Part shown: piece by piece, positions 10,315-21,674 of the stretch
Position numbering within the stretch: position 1 is the first letter of the stretch
How the letters are laid out: each line of letters opens with the position of its first letter
The notes under the pieces: model-generated
What the model was told of the DNA's origin: nothing
Seen by the model: the letters and a program-made list of their open reading frames with translations, nothing else
Databases searched by the model: none
Position numbers and translations under genes: made by a program
From: Stramenopiles sp. TOSAG23-2
Lineage: Eukaryota
Direction: 5' to 3'
NCBI GenBank assembly: GCA_900128395.1
Contig: LT649324.1
Coordinates: 1 to 37,557, forward strand
Length of the DNA stretch: 37,557 nt

Positions 10315-11456
10315 ATGTGTGTCCGTGTATATTTAGCAAAGTAATATCGTGTGCAACAATGATAGAGATGATAAAATACAGAAATGTTTATTAAAGAAGA
10401 ACCAAAGTGTAATTTTGTTGTTCAATCTAATACATACAACCAACAATGTGGGTATTGTAGCAACTGCATTCCATTATTTTAAAATGTATATTTAATATCT
10501 TAATCTGTTTTATTATTTATTAGATTTATATATTAGCTTTATTATTAATTTTTTGAGCTACCACCACACTACCAGGTAACACGCTACCACTACCACAGCA
10601 GGTATTTTATTTATTATTTGAAATGTGCGATTGAAAAAAAACACATCCCGCCTATCAAATATAATAATTTATACTTGAAAGGGAAATTAGAATATACCAT
10701 GCACAAACTCATTTTTAAAGTTTATAAATTCGTATTATTTTAGTACAACAAGCTACAATGGGCCAGTTACAGTCATAATAGTTAATAGTATATATATACT
10801 GTAATGTAAAAAGTAAAAGGTAAGACTATTTATATTGTTGATATTGTAGCGACGAGCTGGTATGTGTACATAGTACATAGATAGCTGGATAGGCACATAG
10901 ACATTAGACAGACTATTATTACAGCTGGAGCGGGCCGTTTGCACGTTTGCATCGTTTTGGCCGTTTCCGTGCATATACTAGTCGGATCCTCTCTTACTCT
11001 AGTCATATTTATTATTTTGTTCGTTGATATTGGTGCTACCAGCTATAATACAGTATTATTTCTCCCTGGCTAGCCAGCTAGCTGAGCTAGCTAGCCATCT
11101 GCGGCCAGCCAGTTTATATTAATTATACTACAGTACGAGCTGTTATTAATATTTCAGTTATAGTATTTTAACAGCATAATAATGATAATATAATAACATA
11201 ATAACAAAAACAACAATGTATTATTATTCCCTGCCCTTATGTGTGTGTATTTATTATTTAATATTTATATATTTATATTATAAATAGTCTAATAAAACTA
11301 TTCTAAAAGGATTCAACAATTATCTACAAGAAAGAAATTCCATTCTCAAACTTACATATTACATATATATATGCACACATATCAATAAAACAAATCGAAA
11401 GGGATAGAAGTTTTAATATAAAGTAAACAAAAGTAGATCAATTAACTATTGAAATA

Positions 11457-13793
11457 ATGGGTGCTATATGTTCCTGCTTTAAAGGGAAAAAGAAAGAAGA
11501 AGGCATGAAGGATATCAAACGTAATAGAAGTTGCACTGATAGTATATTTTGTATACTTTTCGGTATTGCATTGGTAGTAGCTGCAATCATTATTATAGTT
11601 GGTATGTCCAATGGTAATATTGAATCTTTATACTATGGCACTGATTCAACTGGCATGACATGTGGTTCTCAGAACAATAATTTAAAAACTAACGAAAATC
11701 ATGCGGATTTAACGGAAACAAAACGTATTGTTTATCCAAGGCTAATGGAAGACATGTTACGACAATCAACAACAGTTTCGACAGATCCAAACGATTACAA
11801 ATTTTATGGTGTGTGTGTGCCAAAATGCCCAAAAGCTGGTGAATGGATCTGTTCAACAAAAGGGAATTCCATAAAAGCAACAGAGAAAAAAACAGATGCT
11901 GACTTGGCTGCGTGCAAAACAGCTGCGGGAGGTGGTAATTTTCTAGCAGATTATGCATATCCAACTACTGGAACTCTCAGTAGTTGCCCTAGCCTTATGG
12001 CAGAATGTCATTATCAAGCATTTGACACAGAAGAGATATTTTTTCGATGCATAAATAAATATCCAAACGGGGTTACAGAAGAAGTCCGGCAATGTGCTGA
12101 TCCAGTAAGCGTAGATTGGGATGATCCAAAATGTGCTAAAGTTGTAACCAACTCTTCAAGCACCAATGGCGTAACTTTAGGGGGTAACGTGGAAGATTTA
12201 ATTGCAAAACAGGTTACTAGCGCAGCGGCGCTTGCGCTGCGAACGTTTGGAGATGTTGTGACTGCCTTCCCGATCATTTTTGTGGTTGGGGGTCTTGGTG
12301 CACTAATTGTTGGTGTCATATGGCTTGTGTTGATGAGGTACACTGCAAAGTGTATAGTTTGGACAACCGTTATACTTTCATTACTTTCTTGCCTTGGATT
12401 TACAATGATTTGTTGGGTAAAAGCAGGGTTTATCGCGGTACCAAATGCCGTGACAGATGCTGCTTCAGCTGCCTCAGCTGAAGCAACTGTATCAGCCCAA
12501 AGTCAACTAGCAGTCGCTTCGGAAACAAAAATGGTTTGGACAGCTGCGGCATATATTTCAACTGTTGTATCACTAGTGTTTCTAATTGTGATAACATTTT
12601 TATGGAGAAAAATCAAATTAGCAGCAGCAATTATATCAGAGGCATCAAGTGCAGTAGCGTCTATGCCTATGATCGTGCTTTTTCCAGTTCCAATAATGGT
12701 AATCCTATTGGGATGGTTTATTGTTTGGTTATATGCTATGGGAAATTTATGGACAATGGGTGATGTATCGGCAAATACATTAAACGAGGCTACTGGCATA
12801 TCGAATTCTACTGTGTCTGCAACACAGATTAAAGAATTTAAGGAAAATGAGTTCAAAAATTATTTAATGGCAATACATACTTTTTTAGGGCTTTGGGTCA
12901 TGAACTTTTTCCAAGGGGTTTCTACTATGACAATATGCGGTGCCTTTGCTGGGTGGTATTGGACAGTGCCAGATGAGTCACCAAGCTCAAATGCATGTTG
13001 TGGGAGAAAACATGTTTATTTGCGACGAGTCCAAAAGAAGGCAGATGGTGAAACCGTTGAAAAGTTTCCAGTATTTGCTTCATTTAAGCGTACTATTCGC
13101 TATCACCTTGGATCGGTTGCACTTGGATCATTGATTATAGCACTCGTACAATTTGCTCGTATCGTTCTCGAGTACATTAATAAAAATACTAAAAACCTTC
13201 AAAAGAAAAGTTGTATCATTAGAGCCTTAATGTGTTGTGTAAGATGTTGCATGTGGTGCTTTGAAAAATGTGTAAAATATATTACAAGAAGTGCCTACAT
13301 AATCATTGCAACTCAAGGGAAATCATTTTGCAGTGCTACATTTACAGTCTTTCATATTTTACTCAACCACACGACTACAGTCGGAGTAGCTACTGTTGTG
13401 TCAAGTTTAGTTATTTTATTAGGAAAAATTGTTATCATGGCAACTTGCTCTATTGCTGCATATTTAGCTTTGAGTTCAGATGCAGCAATAAATAATACTG
13501 TACTTCCAGTGATTTTCACTGCAGTACTAGCTTATTGTGTTGGAACGGTCTTCTTAGATGTATATGATATGGGCATAGAGACTATTATCATTTCATTTTG
13601 TATTGATACAGATGAAAATTCTGAAGGAAATTACATGTATCCGCCTTCTCTTGCAAAGGCTATGGGTACGAAAGCGCGTACTGCCGAAAACGATGCCAAA
13701 GGAGAAGAAAACAAAGACGAAACGTCATCATCATCATACAAATTACCTGATGACCAAGTAGACAAACAAGAATCTGATGGAGATTTTATTTAA
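11457..13793 (+). CDS. Choline transporter-like protein (CTL/SLC44/Pns1 family)
   Basis: 'RSCTDSIFCILF', 'YGTDSTGMTCG', 'CVPKCP', 'RYHLGSVALGSLIIALVQFARIVLEY', 'CCMWCFEKCVKYITRSAYIIIA..GKSFCSA', 'IETIIISFCID' are canonical CTL motifs; about 10 TM helices. Confidence 0.95.
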   Translation: MGAICSCFKGKKKEEGMKDIKRNRSCTDSIFCILFGIALVVAAIIIIVGMSNGNIESLYYGTDSTGMTCGSQNNNLKTNENHADLTETKRIVYPRLMEDMLRQSTTVSTDPNDYKFYGVCVPKCPKAGEWICSTKGNSIKATEKKTDADLAACKTAAGGGNFLADYAYPTTGTLSSCPSLMAECHYQAFDTEEIFFRCINKYPNGVTEEVRQCADPVSVDWDDPKCAKVVTNSSSTNGVTLGGNVEDLIAKQVTSAAALALRTFGDVVTAFPIIFVVGGLGALIVGVIWLVLMRYTAKCIVWTTVILSLLSCLGFTMICWVKAGFIAVPNAVTDAASAASAEATVSAQSQLAVASETKMVWTAAAYISTVVSLVFLIVITFLWRKIKLAAAIISEASSAVASMPMIVLFPVPIMVILLGWFIVWLYAMGNLWTMGDVSANTLNEATGISNSTVSATQIKEFKENEFKNYLMAIHTFLGLWVMNFFQGVSTMTICGAFAGWYWTVPDESPSSNACCGRKHVYLRRVQKKADGETVEKFPVFASFKRTIRYHLGSVALGSLIIALVQFARIVLEYINKNTKNLQKKSCIIRALMCCVRCCMWCFEKCVKYITRSAYIIIATQGKSFCSATFTVFHILLNHTTTVGVATVVSSLVILLGKIVIMATCSIAAYLALSSDAAINNTVLPVIFTAVLAYCVGTVFLDVYDMGIETIIISFCIDTDENSEGNYMYPPSLAKAMGTKARTAENDAKGEENKDETSSSSYKLPDDQVDKQESDGDFI

Positions 13794-14260
13794 GTTTATT
13801 ATTTATTACTAAAATGAAAATGTCATAATATGATATTCATCATTCCTATCATACCATATGATTACCAGGTAGCTACGAGTACTGGCACATAAATTGTGAG
13901 AGATCAGATATTGATATTGGCTCAAAACACTGTATTCACTTGAGAGTAGGAATTGTCATGGGTAGAAATAAATAATTAAAATATCACACGCGTACTTTAC
14001 TAAAATTATGATACTATTATATACACATGTACATTTATATTATCAATAAATATATAATCTTTAACTTATAAATAAGAGAATTTTTTATATATTTAATATT
14101 TTAGTATTTATTAGTGTATTATCTATGATAGGATAATACATTTTATAATAATTTTAAATAATCTCAATTATTTTATTTTAAACTGACAAAAATATATGAT
14201 ATTAAATATTTATATTACATATATAATGACATACTATGATATGTATCATTATTGTCTCAT

Positions 14261-16759
14261 TTAAAATAATGGCTGCCAAGGTGTTGTATTCACTTTTAAC
14301 TTTGGTGGGCAGAGATCAGAGGTGCTGAGTCGCCCTGTCGCCTCACTACGAGATGGTAAAGCTGCCATTGGCGGTTGGCGGTGATTTCTCTTTGGTATGA
14401 AATGTCTATCGGATGTTCTGAAATGAGTATTATGACCGGTACCACCTAACATTGTTAAAATATGCTCCAATTTAGACCTAACGAAGCTCATATGCCTATG
14501 AGCTTCATCGTGTATATCTAATAGTTTTCGTGATGATCTATCAAATTCATGTAAAAGATGTTCCATATCAATACGGCATTTGTCTTTTGGTTCACCATTT
14601 GAGAATGCAATCATCACATTTTGTGCTTTTATTAATATTGTATTGACTTTCGTTTCCATTACTATTTCGCTTTCAACATTGCTATGTGCATGTTCCAAAT
14701 CGTTTATTGTTGCGGTTAAAACATTAATTTTATGATCAAGTTTTTTATTTTCTTCCAATGCTAATGTTACTTCTCTTTCACTTCGATTTTTTAAGACTGT
14801 AAGTTGCTGCATTTCTTCCTTTAATCGTTTGACTTCTTCTAGTTGTTTTGTGTTTTTTAGCTGATTCTCTGACTCTTTTAATTTTTCGTTCCCGATCGCC
14901 TGTACAGATTTGACAACTTGCATTTCTTTTTTCTGCAACGAAATTTTGAGTAGTTTTTCATGTTCTTCCTTCTGCTTTTGTAAAGCTTCGTTTTTTTCTA
15001 ACGTTAATTCAACTACTTGTTGTTGCAAATCTTCTTTTTCTTTTTCGTGTTGCTGTTTCAACATTCTTATGCTTTTTTCTTTATCTTCAATACTAAATGC
15101 TTCTAGAGATGAAAGTGACTTTTCGTATTTTTCTTTATCTTTTTCTATTGACTCATGTTTTTTCTTTATGTTTGTATTTATTCCATCTAGTTGGTGCTGC
15201 AATCTTTGTTTATATATCTCCATTTGTTTAAGTTGTTCGGCATTCATAATTTCATATCGTGTTATAAAATTACTAGCAATTCTTCCGGGGAAACGTAAAA
15301 GAAAAAGTTCGAAGTCATCTAACGATGTAATCGTTTTTTGTTCGTCCAGGACTTCAAATGCAATTTGTAATTCTGATTTATTTATATTATCTGGTAATCC
15401 TATTTTCTTACATAACTCTCTATTTCTTAAAATATAAGCTCCAACTATTTTTTCATTTAATGCATCCATTTTATAATTATTTTGTGAAGCAGTGGCCACG
15501 TGTCGTATTTTTAAATTTAATATTCCTGCTTTTGTATTCTCATTTGTATGATTTACACGATGCACCATGTCTAGCCGAATACTTTCCCATTTCATGCTAT
15601 TAGTTTTTAGATATTTGTCAACAGTGAAATGCGCTTCGCATATGACATCGTCTACACTTGTCATATTGGTGTCATCATCCATAATTCGGATGATAATCTC
15701 AGATATTAATGCGCTTTTATACAAAATATGGCTTTGGGATAAATCAAATTGCAAAATATTATTATGAGAATCATCCCATTTTGGATTCCGATCCATATCC
15801 TTCGCCGGCAAAGTTGTTTGTCTTCGTGAATTTAATTCTTTTCCATTTATCCATGGTGCTTCTATTGATACATACGGATTCATTTTGGTATCTTCTGACC
15901 GCAACTCGGTGTGTTTCACGCTATGTAGTTCTGTGGCGTTAAGTATCATTATTTCTAGCATTCCTGGTACAATTTCAGTAGATTGTGGCTTTCGTTTTAA
16001 AGCTTCATGTTGCTCAAATAATTCTTGGTAAAACAAAGAAATAGGTTTTTCTTTATCTTCCTCGTATTTTAGTTCATATGCTTTTATCTTTTCATTAGCT
16101 ATATTTAGTTTGTGTTCATATTCTTCTTGCTTGTTGGAAAATTCTTTTTGCTTACCCTCATACTGTTCTAATTTTTTTTCGCCATCTTCTAATTTTTTCA
16201 GCGTCTTTTCCAACTTTTTTTGCGACTTGTTAATTTGCTTGGCTGCCATTTTTGACAATTTTTCATTTATTCGCTGTTTCTCGGCACCCAAAGTAGAGTC
16301 AAAGTCCTTTCTCAATGTAATGATGCTCTTCAAAGCCATTTGTGCTATATGCTGCTCAAACTCTTCATAAGTTATATTTTCATCGCCATTATCATCAATA
16401 GACTTAAACATTTTTTCAAAGTATTGTTCTGCCACTTCTGTGTCATCATCAGCTTCTGATAAACCGAAAAATTTTCGTACTTGTTGATTTCCTTTCATAG
16501 CGGTCATAAATTCATTTGAATCTATTTCTCCACTATTGTCTTCATCAATAGCCTGAAAAATCATCTGCAGCTGACTTCCACGTCTTCCCTTATTTGAGCG
16601 TTTTTTTTTCGCAGAAATAAGATCTATGTCTACAGATGATGTTGCGTCGACATCTTGTTCGTCTATCATCTGGGCGTTGGCAGTAGCCATCTTTAATTTT
16701 ATGATGGACTTACGTGCATTTTTCATTTTTCTCCACTTTGACAGTCCAGATGACGACAT
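14261..16759 (-). CDS. EF-hand pair + C2 domain + long coiled-coil protein
   Basis: EF loops DEDNSGEIDSNE and DDNGDENITYEE; C2 motifs 'GMLEIMILNATEL', 'MNPYVSI', 'NPKWD', 'IRIMDDD....DDVICEA'; K/E/Q-rich heptads flank the C2 domain. Confidence 0.85.
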   Translation of the reverse strand: MSSSGLSKWRKMKNARKSIIKLKMATANAQMIDEQDVDATSSVDIDLISAKKKRSNKGRRGSQLQMIFQAIDEDNSGEIDSNEFMTAMKGNQQVRKFFGLSEADDDTEVAEQYFEKMFKSIDDNGDENITYEEFEQHIAQMALKSIITLRKDFDSTLGAEKQRINEKLSKMAAKQINKSQKKLEKTLKKLEDGEKKLEQYEGKQKEFSNKQEEYEHKLNIANEKIKAYELKYEEDKEKPISLFYQELFEQHEALKRKPQSTEIVPGMLEIMILNATELHSVKHTELRSEDTKMNPYVSIEAPWINGKELNSRRQTTLPAKDMDRNPKWDDSHNNILQFDLSQSHILYKSALISEIIIRIMDDDTNMTSVDDVICEAHFTVDKYLKTNSMKWESIRLDMVHRVNHTNENTKAGILNLKIRHVATASQNNYKMDALNEKIVGAYILRNRELCKKIGLPDNINKSELQIAFEVLDEQKTITSLDDFELFLLRFPGRIASNFITRYEIMNAEQLKQMEIYKQRLQHQLDGINTNIKKKHESIEKDKEKYEKSLSSLEAFSIEDKEKSIRMLKQQHEKEKEDLQQQVVELTLEKNEALQKQKEEHEKLLKISLQKKEMQVVKSVQAIGNEKLKESENQLKNTKQLEEVKRLKEEMQQLTVLKNRSEREVTLALEENKKLDHKINVLTATINDLEHAHSNVESEIVMETKVNTILIKAQNVMIAFSNGEPKDKCRIDMEHLLHEFDRSSRKLLDIHDEAHRHMSFVRSKLEHILTMLGGTGHNTHFRTSDRHFIPKRNHRQPPMAALPSRSEATGRLSTSDLCPPKLKVNTTPWQPLF

Positions 16760-17018
16760 TTGTAGTTACAGGGTTACAGTTGCTGCTATATACAATGGTT
16801 TTTACAAACTAAAATATGCTTCTTCTTGTTGCTAATGTAATTTTTTCTTCTTGGCGCTATATTATACACTAAAGTTTTGCTTGTTCGTATATCGTTTTCT
16901 TGCAACTATTGCATTTTTCCCACTGGAGTAGGTTTCTTCTTTTATTTTTTGCTATTAGTTGCATTTATATTTATGATATTTTATATATATTTTTTATTAT
17001 GTATATTATATTATTCTA

Positions 17019-17048
<30 letters not shown>
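17019..17048. repeat. (ATT)10 microsatellite
   Basis: Perfect trinucleotide run read directly in the divergent intergenic region. Confidence 0.85.
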
Positions 17049-17049
<1 letters not shown>

Positions 17050-17741
17050 CAGTAGCAGTATTATACCTGGTAATGCTAATCTATTATTATAAATCCCTGA
17101 TTATAATAATGGATAATTCTAATAATAATGATTCCTACCAGGTATTCAATATTATTATACAGTTACATGTGCACATCAGGGTTTTTATTTTAATTTTACT
17201 GTGATAGCTCGGTTTAACTTTTACACTTTAAAGCCCCGTGGGATTCCATAGTGTGCTGACCAATTAACTAGAACCATGTTAGTGAAAATGATGCGTTACG
17301 TACTGGGTTCTGGAACAATGCTGTGTACGTAGTAAAAATACGCATATGGTTCAAGATGATAGCTAGAGAATAAAATTTACAAGGTAGACAGCGTTATATG
17401 TATGTATCAATAGGCTTTCCAGCTTTTCTATTAGCTCTATACAGTATAACTATCTATTATAGTTTATTATACCTGTAATCTAATAGCACCAATCTGGCAA
17501 TACTTATAGGTATTATTTATACTAATATTAAAAAATATTATATATATTCGCAATAATAATATATAATAATACTTATTATTGTTGTGGGTACTTTAGTCAA
17601 CCAAACAATAGTATATGGTTTTCTAAATATGTATATAGTCTATACAATCTGTGATTATAAGTGCATTGTAAATATCTTAAAGGTAGAAGGAATCACAGAC
17701 ATTTTTCTTTCTGCTTTGTGGTCCCGTATATAAAAAAAAAT

Positions 17742-20700
17742 ATGTATAGCTACCTTGTCTTTCGTGGTAATAGCAGTAATTTGGTTGAAGATGCTCTTCT
17801 ACGTCGTCCATGGTGGAAAGGAGTTGTTAACGTGCCAATACTTGATTCTGCAACCTCGGATATGAAGAAAATATTATTACATAGGAAAGATGAGAGCATA
17901 AAAGAAGCTTTTGAGAAACAATTATTCAATTTTTGCTGGAAAAGTTTTACGCAAGTAAAATATTGTATATCACCAAAAACTGGACAAGTCCATACAACTA
18001 CTTTACACTCAATAGACCCAGTACCAGAGTATGGACGAAGTGATAATAATCCACATAAGAGGCAATTAGTCAATCACTTTGCAAATATAGAACCGCTTTG
18101 TACAAAAAATGGACTACTAACTAGTCTGAAATCGTATTATCCACCCTTGAAACTGGGTTGTTTTGATGCCACCCCCACGACATTTGTATGTACCAGTAAT
18201 ACCAAGGATAAGTCGTGGCAAGCATTTGTTGAACATTTTAAAGACATAGCAAGGAAAAAAATGAAACTAATATCAATACCATGGAAACATTGTTCTGAAA
18301 ATATGTGGATATTAAAGCCTACAAATAGCAATCAAGGTAGGGGAATAGAAGTATTTAAAGAACTGACCAAAATAAAAAGCTTTATGAGAGGAAAACCGAA
18401 AGGTGAAGAGTGGATTTTCCAAAAATATTTAGAACGCCCACTGCTTTTATGGGGCAGAAAGTTTGATATACGAGTTTGGGTAACAGTAACAGAAAATTTT
18501 GAGATTTACATACATAACGAAGGATATTTACGAACATCTTCCGAATCCTATACAACAGATTTAGACAATACAAAAAATGGTGGGACAACAAAAAGTATGG
18601 TACATTTAACAAACTTTTGCATGCAAAAACATGGACCAAATGTCGGCAAATACGAAGATGGAAACACACTGTCTTTTAAGGAATTTCAACAATATTTAGA
18701 TGATTTTCATGCCGATGACCAAGTAAATTTCAGACATGAAATTTTTCCCAGGGTCAAACAATTATGTGTAGATGCCATATTATCGGCACATTTGGAACTG
18801 GAAGAAGGCAATAGAGGTAGGCACAGTGCTGAGCTATTTGGTTTTGATTTTATGGTGGATGAAGATTATCGTACTTGGCTTATTGAAGTAAACACCAACC
18901 CATTTTTAGGCACACAAAATGAATGGCATGGAAAGCTAGTCTCTGACATGATTGAAGGCTTTACGCAATTAACCATTGATCGGTTGTTTCCAAAGCCGAA
19001 GGAATACAAAAACAATTCAGATATTAATACAGATTTAATTCATAACTGGAAATTGTTGTACAACAAAGAATCAAATTTTTTAGAAGTATCACTGCTTCCT
19101 AATAGTAAACGAGAGCAGCTAGGCGTCGGGGCGTGGTATTTCCCTAGATCAGTACCCGAAATAGTACAACGTCAGAACAACGGAGAGCGATTTGAAGCGA
19201 CGGAGCAAAATATGAATTCTGAATCAAGTAGGAAATTCCTTAATTCAGGTGATCGTGCAGCTAGTGAGGCTCGAAAGCGGGTAAGAAAGCGTGCAATGAA
19301 ATTAAAAGAAAAAGAAAAGAAGCAAGACGCACTAATAGAAGACATGATAACTGCAACTAAACGTCTTCGAGCAAAACAACGACAGAAAGAAAGGCGAGAA
19401 CGGCGTATTGCATTTGTAAAACGATGTCGGGATGAACCCTCGCTTTCAAAAGATGCAAAAGAGCAAAAAAAGAATACACAATCAAAAGATTCTATGCAAA
19501 GGGTTGCTTCTCCAGAATCCCCTACAACCATATCTGCTATTGAAATTGTAACAGCAAGCGATACTTCAATATCTAAATTGTCATTAGTAAAGACAACTCA
19601 AGTAAATTTATCTGATGATAAAAAAAGCTGTAAAACTTCAGGTAGAAGCTTGAAAAGTCAAATGACCGCTACAAAACGCCCATCCACAATGCCTGCTCTA
19701 ACCAGTCATGTTACAAAAAATAAAATCAAATACAGGGACGAAAATACTACAAATAAAAAATATGGCAATAGAACAAATAACGCAATAACTTCAAAAAAAA
19801 TTAAACGGGGCCCTGCCGTTGTTACAAATAAACTAAAATTATTAGATATCAGTCCACGAGAACTTGCGAAGGAAAGCATTAAAAAAATCAATGACATATT
19901 GTTTCCAACAGCTAACCAGTTGATCAACAATAATATGGATGAAGTATTGCTGGAGGATAATAATAAACGTGGACACCCATTTATAAATGCTTTATATGAA
20001 AATGGATTGAACGAAAGTAACCAGAAACAATATGGCGATTTATTAGATGCCATCAATCATTTACAAGGTTGTCCAACTTCAAATTCTGTGTTAATCTGTA
20101 TGGCGCAACGTGGAGTGATTGAATTATTATGGCCGATTTGTGGAATAGAGAGAACAGAGCCGTTCTCTAAAGCGATGCAATCTACTTTAGGAAATTCATA
20201 TATATCATTGATTCAACAAGCTGAAGATGTATTGATAAAAATAGCAGATTTATACAGGGTGCAATTGCATATTCGTCGGCAAGCTAAAATGCCGCAATTG
20301 ATCCAAATTGTATATCGGAGCGTAACACCATTGATCATATGTGAGAGTAATGATCGGAATGAAGTACAACTTTTTGCCTTGCGAGTTGTTTTGCATAATT
20401 GCAAAAATGTAAAATCAATATGCCAAAAGTGTTTATTGGATAGTTATGTTTTCCACGCAGCTGTATACTTAAATGCATATCGGGCGCATCCAAGCGCTTG
20501 CCATATTGCAAAAGAAATATTGGAATGTGCTACTGACCAAAGTCTGAGTCAAATAAAGCAGTTCCTCAACGTTGCAGATAGTAAAACAGATGGCATTGAA
20601 AGTAATAACCATCATTGTTGCAACAATGAAATTACAAATCCGGACAGTCTTTATGCAAAAGAAACGTTACACTCTCTATTCAGTAATGAAGAAATAATGC

Positions 20701-21467
20701 GAAATAGTCTTACTTTCATACTTACTTATATGGAAAATCGTAAACTGCAAAGGGCAAAGCAATTAGAAAAGAAGGAGAAATTGAAGAAGAAAAAGCTGAA
20801 AGAAGAGGAACAAAAACGGCTTGAAAAGGAAAAATATAATAAATGGGTTCAGGAGCGTGCTCAATTTGCACTAGAAAAGCGGGGTAAAATGTCTCAATTA
20901 CAACAGCAAAAAGCTATGAGAGAAGAGCAGAATCGTCGAGAAAACAAACGCTTAAAAGAAATGGCTGATCAACAAAGGCGGGCAAGGGCAGAAAGATTGA
21001 AAAACAATTGGAAAAAACGTGAAGAGGCTAAACGTATGGAAAAGTTGAGAAAAACAGCCGAGATTAAAGAAGCGCAAATTCAATTAACAGAGCTAGCAAT
21101 ACAACGACGGGAGGAGAATAAACGAAACTTAAATATGTGGCTTGACAGAAAGAAAAGACAAGATGAGATTAATCGTATAAAATTAAATCAACAGATAGAG
21201 CGATCAAATATGGCACGTGAGGTTATAATCCACCAACGGCAACAACGTTTGACAATGCTATTGTTAAATAAAGCTGTTCAAAAAAACAATTCACTATTAA
21301 CAAGTAATCGAAGTATTAAAAAAGGTGTAACAAGTAACAAGCGTAAAAAACGAGTAAAAACTCGTCATCGAAATAAATTTGCAACAGTTACAGCCGCCAA
21401 TAAAAATAATAATTCTGGTTCTATCATACTTGCTTTACCACCATTAGGTAGAACTCATGCCGGTTGA
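17742..21467 (+). CDS. Tubulin-tyrosine ligase-like (TTLL) enzyme, probably glycylase-like, with C-terminal helical/coiled-coil extension
   Basis: ATP-grasp TTL motifs 'NHF....L.TK.GL', 'WILKP..SNQGRGI', 'QKYLERPLL..GRKFDIRVWV', 'HLTNFCMQK', 'ELFGFDFMVD....WLIEVNTNP'. First ATG is 17742 (ORF track begins at a GTG, 17661). Glycylase versus glutamylase assignment is inference. Confidence 0.9.
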   Translation: MYSYLVFRGNSSNLVEDALLRRPWWKGVVNVPILDSATSDMKKILLHRKDESIKEAFEKQLFNFCWKSFTQVKYCISPKTGQVHTTTLHSIDPVPEYGRSDNNPHKRQLVNHFANIEPLCTKNGLLTSLKSYYPPLKLGCFDATPTTFVCTSNTKDKSWQAFVEHFKDIARKKMKLISIPWKHCSENMWILKPTNSNQGRGIEVFKELTKIKSFMRGKPKGEEWIFQKYLERPLLLWGRKFDIRVWVTVTENFEIYIHNEGYLRTSSESYTTDLDNTKNGGTTKSMVHLTNFCMQKHGPNVGKYEDGNTLSFKEFQQYLDDFHADDQVNFRHEIFPRVKQLCVDAILSAHLELEEGNRGRHSAELFGFDFMVDEDYRTWLIEVNTNPFLGTQNEWHGKLVSDMIEGFTQLTIDRLFPKPKEYKNNSDINTDLIHNWKLLYNKESNFLEVSLLPNSKREQLGVGAWYFPRSVPEIVQRQNNGERFEATEQNMNSESSRKFLNSGDRAASEARKRVRKRAMKLKEKEKKQDALIEDMITATKRLRAKQRQKERRERRIAFVKRCRDEPSLSKDAKEQKKNTQSKDSMQRVASPESPTTISAIEIVTASDTSISKLSLVKTTQVNLSDDKKSCKTSGRSLKSQMTATKRPSTMPALTSHVTKNKIKYRDENTTNKKYGNRTNNAITSKKIKRGPAVVTNKLKLLDISPRELAKESIKKINDILFPTANQLINNNMDEVLLEDNNKRGHPFINALYENGLNESNQKQYGDLLDAINHLQGCPTSNSVLICMAQRGVIELLWPICGIERTEPFSKAMQSTLGNSYISLIQQAEDVLIKIADLYRVQLHIRRQAKMPQLIQIVYRSVTPLIICESNDRNEVQLFALRVVLHNCKNVKSICQKCLLDSYVFHAAVYLNAYRAHPSACHIAKEILECATDQSLSQIKQFLNVADSKTDGIESNNHHCCNNEITNPDSLYAKETLHSLFSNEEIMRNSLTFILTYMENRKLQRAKQLEKKEKLKKKKLKEEEQKRLEKEKYNKWVQERAQFALEKRGKMSQLQQQKAMREEQNRRENKRLKEMADQQRRARAERLKNNWKKREEAKRMEKLRKTAEIKEAQIQLTELAIQRREENKRNLNMWLDRKKRQDEINRIKLNQQIERSNMAREVIIHQRQQRLTMLLLNKAVQKNNSLLTSNRSIKKGVTSNKRKKRVKTRHRNKFATVTAANKNNNSGSIILALPPLGRTHAG

Positions 21468-21674
21468 AAAAGTAGGTTTTTTTTTGTTTTTATTATAACC
21501 CCATTCGTAAAAAGTAATTTTTCTTTAAAAATTTATTTTTAAAAAAAAAAAATAATATATATATATACGACTCGTATTTCATACTGGCCAGGGTATAATT
21601 CATTGTATTCCTCGCCAAATGCGCACTCTTAATGCATACTGCAGCAGTATATTTTAAAAAAATATATTCTTATT

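Noticed and set aside
17200-17262. Possible C/D box snoRNA (GTGATAG ... CTGA)
   Set aside because: C box is non-consensus, no terminal stem, and I could not identify an rRNA-complementary guide.
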